Assembly: GCF_018006725.1 (NCBI RefSeq)
Contig: NZ_JAGMXV010000001.1
Location: 6,831-70,830 of the forward strand
Direction of reading: 5' to 3'
Length of the DNA: 64,000 nucleotides
DNA from: Rhizorhabdus sp.
GTDB taxonomy: Bacteria; Pseudomonadota; Alphaproteobacteria; Sphingomonadales; Sphingomonadaceae
A program made the translations under genes and the position numbers. Positions 56,977-64,000 of the stretch are shown one piece after another. Position 1 is the stretch's first letter. Each line of letters starts with the position of its first letter. The notes under the pieces are model-generated. The model did no database searches and was not told the origin of the DNA. It saw nothing but the letters and a program-made list of their open reading frames with translations.

Positions 56977-57504
56977 ATGGCGGAGCAGTGTCGGGTGTCG
57001 TCTCTTCGGTGGCTTTTGTCGGTAGCGGCGGCGGGGGTGTCCGTCATGGTGGCCATGACGTCCGCCGCCCACGCCCAGCAATTGCCGATGACCCGCGAGG
57101 GGCTGGACAGTGCCGTCGGGCAATATTTCGCCGGCGCGGATCGCAATCGCGACGGGCGGCTCGATCGGGCCGAGACCGCCGACGCGCTCGGGTTGGCGCG
57201 AAGCCTGCTCACCGCTCGTCGCGATGTCGAACCCTTTCTCCTGGAGCAGTCGCCGGACGGGCGCGTTCGTCTTTCGCTGAATGCGAATGGGCCGCTCAGT
57301 CAGGGCGGTGTGGCCGATCTTCTCTACCGCGCTGCCGACGGTGACGGCGATGGCACCCTGTCGCTGGCCGAAGTGCGCGTCCTGGCCCGCGCGCGATTCG
57401 ATGCGGTCGATCGGGACCATGATGGAATATTGGACGAGAAGGAACGCGAGGCGGCGGAAGAGCAGCTGAATGCGGCACAATGGTTACTGGGCAGAATATC
57501 CTGA
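56977..57504 (+). CDS. Secreted EF-hand domain protein
   Basis: Signal peptide; three DxDxDG loops (DRNRDG, DGDGDG, DRDHDG). Confidence 0.75.
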   Translation: MAEQCRVSSLRWLLSVAAAGVSVMVAMTSAAHAQQLPMTREGLDSAVGQYFAGADRNRDGRLDRAETADALGLARSLLTARRDVEPFLLEQSPDGRVRLSLNANGPLSQGGVADLLYRAADGDGDGTLSLAEVRVLARARFDAVDRDHDGILDEKEREAAEEQLNAAQWLLGRIS

Positions 57505-57700
57505 ACAAAGGTTCAGAAAAAACCCTGAAAAGCGGCCGTATATTTCAGTCTCGACATAATGATTTCAGCCGAGAACTACGGCTGCAAGTTTCGTCCTTCA
57601 GAAGGCATCACAGGACGGCCCGGCATTTCCCCCTGTTTTTGCCGGGCCGTCCACCCTTTTCCCGTCTTCGGACGTTTGGATCGCAGGAAGGATGCAGAAT

Positions 57701-58327
57701 ATGACCAGGACAAGATTGATCGGCGCGACCGCACTTGTTTCCATGCTCGTGGCGGGGGCGGCGGTTGCCGCGCCCGGCCGGGACGGACCGCCGAAGCCGC
57801 CTACCACCCGCGCCGAGGCGCAAGCTCGTGTGGGTGAGATGTTCAAGCGCCTCGACGCCAATGGCGACGGCTTCGTCACCAAAGCGGAGATGGATGCCGC
57901 GCGTGCCAAGATGCGCGAGGCCTTTGCCGAGCGTCGCGAGGAGCGCCGCGGCGAAAAGTTCGCCAAGCTCGACAAGGACGGCAATGGCAGTGTGTCGAAG
58001 GACGAGTTCCTCGCACCCCCGCCGCCGCGCGGTGAAGGCGATGCACCTCGCGGTCGACACAAAGGCATGAAGCGCCATCATGGCGGCATGATGATGGGCG
58101 GTGGCGGCTTCTGGTTCGACCGGGCCGACGCCAACAAGGACGGCAAGGTCAGCCTTGCCGAGGCGCAGTCGTCCGCGCTTGCCATGTTCGACAAGGTCGA
58201 CAGCAACCGGGACGGAACGATCAGCCCGGACGAGCAGCGCGCGGCGCGCGACGCCATGCGCGCGGATTGGAAGGCCAAGCGCGGCGAGCGCGGGCCGGAT
58301 GCTCCGCCCCCGCCCCCGCGCGGCTAA
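57701..58327 (+). CDS. Secreted EF-hand domain protein
   Basis: Signal peptide; four loops (DANGDG, DKDGNG, DANKDG, DSNRDG); His/Gly/Met-rich linker. Confidence 0.85.
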   Translation: MTRTRLIGATALVSMLVAGAAVAAPGRDGPPKPPTTRAEAQARVGEMFKRLDANGDGFVTKAEMDAARAKMREAFAERREERRGEKFAKLDKDGNGSVSKDEFLAPPPPRGEGDAPRGRHKGMKRHHGGMMMGGGGFWFDRADANKDGKVSLAEAQSSALAMFDKVDSNRDGTISPDEQRAARDAMRADWKAKRGERGPDAPPPPPRG

Positions 58328-58348
58328 ATCTGGCGGCCATGAATGAGG

Positions 58349-58378
58349 AGGGCCCGTGATCCGGCGCGGGCCCTTTTT
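58349..58378 (+). terminator. Rho-independent terminator
   Basis: AGGGCCCG...CGGGCCCT stem followed by a T-tract. Confidence 0.75.
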
Positions 58379-58382
58379 CGCG

Positions 58383-59609
58383 TCAGCGCGGCAGGCGGCG
58401 CTCGGTGTCGATCATATAGTCGCGCGTGATCGGCAATGTCCGCCGGTTGCGGACGTACTGGATCTGATAGTTGCAAAGATTGCCGTGGTAGAAGGCGGCC
58501 CGCGCTCCTGCGAGATAGAAGGTCCACATGCGGTAGAAGCGCTCGTCATACAGCGCCACGATCGCATCGCGGGCGGCGACCGTGCGGTCATACCAGCGGT
58601 CGAGCGTCATGCCGTAATGCAGGCGCAGCGTCTCTACGTCGGTCACGATCATCCGCGCCGGCTCGCTCGCGGCGACGATCTCGGACAGGGCCGGATTATA
58701 GCCGCCGGGAAAGATATATTTGAGGGTGAAGGCGTCGGTCTTGCCCGGCACGCCCAGCCGCCCGATCGTGTGGAGCAGCATTACCCCATCCTCGGTCAGC
58801 AGGTCGCGGCACTTGGCGAAGAAGGTCTCATATTGCGGCACGCCGACATGTTCGAACATGCCGACCGAAACTATCCGGTCGAACTTGCCCTCCAGCGCGC
58901 GATAATCGATCAGCTCGAACTTCACCCGGTCCGACACGCCGGCATCCGCCGCACGCCGGCGGGCGACCTTCAGCTGTTCCTCGGACAGGGTGATGCCGAG
59001 CACGTCCACATCGGCGGCGCGGTTCAGGTAGAGCGCCATGCCGCCCCAGCCGCAGCCGATGTCGAGCACCCTCTGGCCGGGGCTCAGATGCAGCTTGGCG
59101 GCGATATGCGCCTTCTTGTCGGCCTGTGCTGTGTCGAGATCGACGTCCGGACCCGTGAAATAGGCGCAGCTATATTGGCGATCGGCGTCGAGGAAGAGAT
59201 CGTAGAGCCGGTCGTTGAGATCATAATGATGCGCGACGTTGGACTTGGACCGCGTTGCCCAGTTTACGCTCTGGATCACCGCGCGCAGCCGGTCGCGCAC
59301 GAGGTGGCGGAAGGTGCCGCGCAACGTGATGCGGCCCTCTTCCCAGCGGCCATTGGCACGGACGAGGTCAACCAGATCGCGGATGTCGCCCTGCTCGATT
59401 ACGAGGCGGCCTTCCATGAAGGCTTCAGCCGCATGCAGGTGCGGGTTGCAGGCGATGAAGGCGGGCACGCCCCGGTCGACGAAGCGGATCGTGACCGGCT
59501 TGAGCGCCGGATCGGGTGTGCCATAATGCCGCGCTTCCCCGTCGGCGAGGATGATCGTCATCTCTCCACGCTTGAAGAGATGGCCGGCAAAACGGTCGAA
59601 CAGGGACAT
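58383..59609 (-). CDS. cfa: Cyclopropane-fatty-acyl-phospholipid synthase family methyltransferase
   Basis: 'HHYDL', 'YSCAYF', 'LDIGCGWG', 'SVGMFEHVG', 'YIFPGG'. Confidence 0.9.
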   Translation of the reverse strand: MSLFDRFAGHLFKRGEMTIILADGEARHYGTPDPALKPVTIRFVDRGVPAFIACNPHLHAAEAFMEGRLVIEQGDIRDLVDLVRANGRWEEGRITLRGTFRHLVRDRLRAVIQSVNWATRSKSNVAHHYDLNDRLYDLFLDADRQYSCAYFTGPDVDLDTAQADKKAHIAAKLHLSPGQRVLDIGCGWGGMALYLNRAADVDVLGITLSEEQLKVARRRAADAGVSDRVKFELIDYRALEGKFDRIVSVGMFEHVGVPQYETFFAKCRDLLTEDGVMLLHTIGRLGVPGKTDAFTLKYIFPGGYNPALSEIVAASEPARMIVTDVETLRLHYGMTLDRWYDRTVAARDAIVALYDERFYRMWTFYLAGARAAFYHGNLCNYQIQYVRNRRTLPITRDYMIDTERRLPR

Positions 59610-59744
59610 GGGTCAGGGCCTCCAGCGGCCCCATAAAACCGTCCCAAGGCGCTATGCGCAAGGGGCGGGCTGGTTAAAATAGCGTAATAAAGCGGCGGAA
59701 TATCCGAGGCTTGGTTGCGTAGTCCGCCCCGCCGACGGCGGCGT

Positions 59745-59927
59745 TCAGCGCAGCTTGGCGATCGAAAGACCGTCGGCCTTGGCGCGATCCTTGGTCGATT
59801 CCTCCGACCGCTTGAGCGCCTTGGCGATGGCCTTCAATGCCATGCCTTTCTTGGCGAGGGTGTGGAGCTTCTGGACCTCGTCGGTTGTCCAGGGCTGGCG
59901 ATGCCGTTCGAAGCGATCGCCCGACAT
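59745..59927 (-). CDS. Small basic HTH-like protein
   Basis: 60 aa; TGATG overlap with the rlmN stop; 'WT..E...L..L..KG....IA..L.RS' pattern. Confidence 0.75.
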   Translation of the reverse strand: MSGDRFERHRQPWTTDEVQKLHTLAKKGMALKAIAKALKRSEESTKDRAKADGLSIAKLR

Positions 59928-61135
59928 CAGCCCAGCGCCGCCTGCTTCTCGGCGGCCATGCGATCCAGTTCTGCGCGGCTTTTCTTTTCGGACGCCGACT
60001 TGAGCTGACCGCAGGCGGCCATGATGTCGCGCCCGCGCGGGGTGCGGACGGGCGCGGAAATGCCGGCCTTGAAGATGATATCGGAGAAGCGCGCGATCCG
60101 CTCGGGATCGGAGCAGTCATAGTCCGCACCCGGCCAGGGATTGAACGGGATCAGGTTGACCTTGGCCGGCAGCTTGTACTTGCGGATCAGCCGGACGAGT
60201 TCGTGCGCGTCCTCGTCGCGGTCGTTCTTGTCCTTGAGCATCACATATTCGAAGGTGATCCGCCGGGCATTGTTCGCACCGGGATAGTCGGCGCAGGCCT
60301 GCAGCAGTTCCTCGATGCCATATTTGCGGTTGAGGGGGACGATCTCGTCGCGCACCTCCTTGGTGATGGCGTGGAGCGATACCGCCAGATTGACGCCTAT
60401 CTCCTCCCCCGCGCGCGCCATCATAGGCACCACGCCTGCGGTCGACAGGGTGATCCGCCGCTTCGACAGGGCCAGGCCGTCGCCGTCCATCACCAGCTTG
60501 AGCGCGTCGCGGACATTGTCGAAATTGTAGAGCGGCTCGCCCATCCCCATCATGACAATGTTGGTGAGCATGCGGCCCTCCGGCTGGGACGGCCATTCGC
60601 CCAATGCATCGCGCGCCAGCATCACCTGCCCCACGATCTCGGCGGGGGTGAGGTTGCGGACCAGGCGCATCGTTCCGGTGTGGCAGAAGCGGCAGTTCAG
60701 CGTGCAGCCCACCTGGCTCGACACGCAGAGTGTGCCGCGATCGGCGTCCGGGATGAACACCATCTCATAATCCTGGCCGTCGTCCGAGCGGAGCAGCCAT
60801 TTGCGGGTGCCGTCGGTCGAGACCTGCGCCTCGACAACGTCGGGGCGCGAGACGACGAAGCGTTGCTCGAGCCAGGCCCGCATATCCTTGGCGATGTCGG
60901 TCATCACCGCGAAGTCGGTCGCGCCGCGATTGTAGATCCAGTGCCACAGCTGCTTGGCGCGCAGCTTGGCCTGGCGCGGTTCGAGCTGGGCGGTTTCGAG
61001 CGCCATGCGCAGATCGTCGCGCGACAGGCCGAGCAGGTCGATCCGGCCGTCGCTGCGCGGCTTCAGATCGCGCGGAACGGGCACAGGATCGATGTGGCCG
61101 GGAATCGGCATGGCGACAGGCTGCGGGTGATTCAT
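59927..61135 (-). CDS. rlmN: Dual-specificity RNA methyltransferase
   Basis: '[15 protein letters not shown]', 'MGMGEP', 'AACGQL'. Confidence 0.97.
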   Translation of the reverse strand: MNHPQPVAMPIPGHIDPVPVPRDLKPRSDGRIDLLGLSRDDLRMALETAQLEPRQAKLRAKQLWHWIYNRGATDFAVMTDIAKDMRAWLEQRFVVSRPDVVEAQVSTDGTRKWLLRSDDGQDYEMVFIPDADRGTLCVSSQVGCTLNCRFCHTGTMRLVRNLTPAEIVGQVMLARDALGEWPSQPEGRMLTNIVMMGMGEPLYNFDNVRDALKLVMDGDGLALSKRRITLSTAGVVPMMARAGEEIGVNLAVSLHAITKEVRDEIVPLNRKYGIEELLQACADYPGANNARRITFEYVMLKDKNDRDEDAHELVRLIRKYKLPAKVNLIPFNPWPGADYDCSDPERIARFSDIIFKAGISAPVRTPRGRDIMAACGQLKSASEKKSRAELDRMAAEKQAALG

Positions 61136-61268
61136 GGAGGGCACATAGGCGATTCGGCCGCATTTTGCCACTGCGCCAGATTTCCCGTTCCACATACATC
61201 ACGGATTTAGGAACAATACTAATCGTTCCCCGGTCGGTGGGCCTGCATCCTGCGCCCCAGGAAAGAGC

Positions 61269-61448
61269 ATGGACCGAATCGACATCATCGCCTTCTTCAA
61301 TCTGCGCCGCGCCGAGGAGGAGCGGCTCAAAGCTGCGCGTACCACCTCGCTGCGGGCGCGGGAGGCGCATCTCGAGATGGCCAGGATGTTCGAGGATCGT
61401 GCGCAGGAGGTGCGCGCCGCCGAAGCGGCCGACGCCCGTCCCGCCTGA
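61269..61448 (+). CDS. Small helical hypothetical protein (59 aa, not in the ORF track)
   Basis: Purine-rich RBS; MDRIDIIAFFNLRRAEEERLKAARTTSLRAREAHLEMARMFEDRAQEVRAAEAADARPA; host-like codon use. Confidence 0.65.
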   Translation: MDRIDIIAFFNLRRAEEERLKAARTTSLRAREAHLEMARMFEDRAQEVRAAEAADARPA

Positions 61449-61549
61449 CTCCGCGCACCGACAGACGCTCCGTCGCGCGCATTTTGCTTCCGCACCGCCC
61501 TGCAGGCTGTATAGCGGCGCGTCGGAACCGAGCCCCACGGAGAGACGAA

Positions 61550-61948
61550 GTGACCAGATCCGCTGCCGAGGTTATGCACGACGTGATCGTCGCCGCCGTT
61601 ATCGATGGTCTCGGCGCCTTGCGTACGGCATCGAAGGGGGTGCCCAACGCGCTGTTGCGCGACCTGGCGGCGATTCATCCGAACACTACCTTCAAGGATC
61701 TGCCGACCGATCTGCAGGCTTCGATCCAGACCAGCGTGCGTTCGGCTTTCACCAAGCTGCAGTCGGAAGGCTATACCGTGCTCAATCCCAAGGTCGCCGG
61801 CGTCAGCCCGCGCCCGCCGCGCCCTCAGGGGGCGGTGTCTTCGGGGCGCGGACCGGGTGGACCGGGACGGCCCGCCGGCGCGCGTGATCAGCAGCGCCGC
61901 CCGCGTCCGGATCGCGCGCCGTCGGGAAAGCGACCGCCACAGAAATAG
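61550..61948 (+). CDS. Hypothetical protein with Pro/Arg/Gly-rich tail
   Basis: GGAG RBS before GTG 61550; helical N-terminal domain. Confidence 0.7.
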   Translation: MTRSAAEVMHDVIVAAVIDGLGALRTASKGVPNALLRDLAAIHPNTTFKDLPTDLQASIQTSVRSAFTKLQSEGYTVLNPKVAGVSPRPPRPQGAVSSGRGPGGPGRPAGARDQQRRPRPDRAPSGKRPPQK

Positions 61949-62101
61949 CGCCCGCGATTATCGATTCCTTTCATTCCCGTAACCAGCGACATGTACCAAG
62001 GTACAGGTCGGATAACGGGGGTTCGTTTTGGCGCGATTCATCTTTCGCAAACGATGTCTGACGTATAACCGCCGTCAGGGAAAACATCGGTGGGGGTTGC
62101 G

Positions 62102-63514
62102 ATGCTCTGGTTTGAAAAGCATCTGCCTGTCAGGCGCAAATTGTCCGTGGCCTTTGCGAGCATCATCGCAATCCAGGCCATTCCGTCTCTGCTCTTGGCG
62201 ATGACGTCGTGGGGGCGTCCGCTATTCGGCCTCGCTTATGGCGGGGCCCTGTTGATCTTCGGGGTTGCGGTGCTGGCGACGGGACTTGCCGTCGCCTTCC
62301 GCAAGGCGACCGCCGACCCCTATGTAGCCACCGTGGTGCGCATGGAAGCGCTGGCCGATGGCGATCTCGACACGCCGGTCGACTATGTCGACTATGAGGA
62401 TTGCGTCGGCCGCATGGCCCGCGCCATGCACAAGTTCAAGGAAGCGGCGCTGGCTCGCATTCGCGCCGAAGCCGAACTGCGCGCCTCGACGCAGCAGCAG
62501 GATGTCGTGGCCTCGCTCAGCGAAGGGCTCCGCAATCTCGCTGCCGGCAATTTCGGACATCGGCTGTCGAAGCCCTTTCCGACCGAATATGAAGCGGTCC
62601 GGATCAACTTCAACGAAGCGGGTGACGCGCTTCAGGCGGCGATCGGCGAGGTCAACGAGGCCGCCCAGCGAATTCGGACCGGCTCAGCCGAAATCAGCCA
62701 GGCATCCGATGACCTGGCACGCCGGACCGAGGGTCAGGCCAGCTCCATCGAAGCCACCGCGCTGACGATGGAGCAACTGGCCACGGTCGTCCGCAGCTCT
62801 GCCAAAAGCGCGGCGGAGGCCGAGAAGGTCAGCGCCACCGCACGGGTCAGTGCCGAGAATGGCAGCGACGTCGTCCGAGACGCCGTCCGCGCCATGGGCG
62901 CTATCGAGAAGTCGAGCCAGGAGATCGCGCAGATCGTGACGGTCATCGACGGCATCGCCTTCCAGACCAATTTGCTCGCCCTCAACGCCGGCGTCGAGGC
63001 GGCGCGGGCCGGCGATTCGGGCAAGGGCTTTGCCGTGGTCGCCAACGAGGTCCGCGCTCTTGCTCAGCGATCGGCGGACTCTGCGAGCGAGATCAAGTCG
63101 CTGATCGAGAAGAGCGCCCAGCAGGTTAAGCAGGGTGTGGAACTCGTCAGCCGCTCGGGCAAGGCATTCGATACGATCCTCGAAGGCATCGGGACGACCT
63201 CCTCGCTGGTGCGCGACATTGCCGGCTCGGCAACCGAACAGGCCGAAGGGATCAGCAAGGCGAACGTCGCGGTCTCGGAGATCGAGAAGGCCACCCAGCA
63301 GAATGCCGCGATGGTCGAGGAGGCCAGCGCCGCCGCCCGCAGCCTGTCGTCCGAAGCCGATACGCTCGGCCGGCTGGTGCAGCGCTTCGGCTTCGCCGAG
63401 CAGTCGACGCCGATCGCCCGGCCGGCTCGCAGCGCTGCAACTCCCCGGCCCCGCTTCCAGGGCAACGCCGCGTTGAAAGCGATCCCGGAGGCCGACGACT
63501 GGCAGGAATTCTGA
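62102..63514 (+). CDS. Methyl-accepting chemotaxis protein
   Basis: Two TM helices, HAMP domains, '[20 protein letters not shown]', C-terminal 'DWQEF'. Confidence 0.95.
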   Translation: MLWFEKHLPVRRKLSVAFASIIAIQAIPSLLLAMTSWGRPLFGLAYGGALLIFGVAVLATGLAVAFRKATADPYVATVVRMEALADGDLDTPVDYVDYEDCVGRMARAMHKFKEAALARIRAEAELRASTQQQDVVASLSEGLRNLAAGNFGHRLSKPFPTEYEAVRINFNEAGDALQAAIGEVNEAAQRIRTGSAEISQASDDLARRTEGQASSIEATALTMEQLATVVRSSAKSAAEAEKVSATARVSAENGSDVVRDAVRAMGAIEKSSQEIAQIVTVIDGIAFQTNLLALNAGVEAARAGDSGKGFAVVANEVRALAQRSADSASEIKSLIEKSAQQVKQGVELVSRSGKAFDTILEGIGTTSSLVRDIAGSATEQAEGISKANVAVSEIEKATQQNAAMVEEASAAARSLSSEADTLGRLVQRFGFAEQSTPIARPARSAATPRPRFQGNAALKAIPEADDWQEF

Positions 63515-63538
63515 CCCGACGGGTCAGACCGGTTTGAT

Positions 63539-63573
63539 GACGGGCGGGGCCGTCTCACGCAGGTCCGCCCGTC
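63539..63573. terminator. Hairpin between convergent genes
   Basis: GACGGGCGG...CCGCCCGTC stem. Confidence 0.5.
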
Positions 63574-63579
63574 TTCGAT

Positions 63580-64000
63580 TCAGGCGAACGGACCTTTCCC
63601 GGGTTCGCTCCAGGCGATGCGCCCCAGGCTCAGCAGCACCAGCCCGCACAGCGCCGCGACGCTATAGGCGTTGAGCCGGAAGAAATCGGAATATTGGCTG
63701 GCATCGAAGCGGCCGAACGGCGCGCCATAATGGTCATGGAGCAGTGCCGCTCCAGCCGCCGCCGCCCAGATGCCGATCGTCCAGCGCCGTTCCCCGCCGC
63801 GAAAGGCGAGCAGGCCGATCAAGGCACAGGCGATCAGGAACAGCTCGACTCCCGAGGCCACTCCGAAGGCCTTGGCGCTGATGACGCCATTACCGATCCC
63901 CACCAACGGAAGCATGGCCCGGCCCGCTGCCGCATTTGGCCGCGCGACGGCCGGCACGGCGAGGAAGAAGGGGGTCGACAGGAAGGTCCAGACGGACACC
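63580..64000 (-). CDS. Membrane protein, C-terminal part (truncated by window)
   Basis: Open hydrophobic frame running off the window end. Confidence 0.6.
   Translation of the reverse strand, partial: VSVWTFLSTPFFLAVPAVARPNAAAGRAMLPLVGIGNGVISAKAFGVASGVELFLIACALIGLLAFRGGERRWTIGIWAAAAGAALLHDHYGAPFGRFDASQYSDFFRLNAYSVAALCGLVLLSLGRIAWSEPGKGPFA

Noticed and set aside
1-64000. CRISPR arrays, IS elements, tRNA/rRNA, defence systems
   Set aside because: No spaced direct repeats, transposase/integrase motifs, cloverleaf or rRNA signatures, or defence domains were seen

Overview
A high-GC alphaproteobacterial chromosome segment whose gene content and order are typical of Sphingomonadaceae (Sphingomonas/Rhizorhabdus-like; this assignment is inferred). 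The left part is the conserved partition region: DUF3576-leuS-lptE-holA converges on mnmE-mnmG-rsmG-parA-parB, with three parS sites, two of them inside coding sequence. Housekeeping genes (galU, lysA, argH, folD, argG, cfa, rlmN) are interspersed with accessory genes: a PEP-CTERM surface protein, a secreted trypsin-like protease, a LOV hybrid kinase, a YdeP-like molybdo-enzyme and a multi-PAS kinase with sigma-EcfG-like promoters, a TonB receptor/SDR/MFS islet, EF-hand proteins and an MCP. The strongest candidate for an undescribed system is a 9.2-kb lipid-carrier glycosylation locus (32701-41917). It encodes GtrA, GtrB, a SAM methyltransferase, an FAD oxidoreductase and three GT-C-type membrane proteins. 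Two of these are paralogues carrying what look like degenerate STT3/AglB oligosaccharyltransferase motifs. The locus also has a CtrA-like box and a structured candidate RNA. No rRNA, tRNA, CRISPR array, IS or prophage was seen. All calls come from reading the sequence; no database searches were run.
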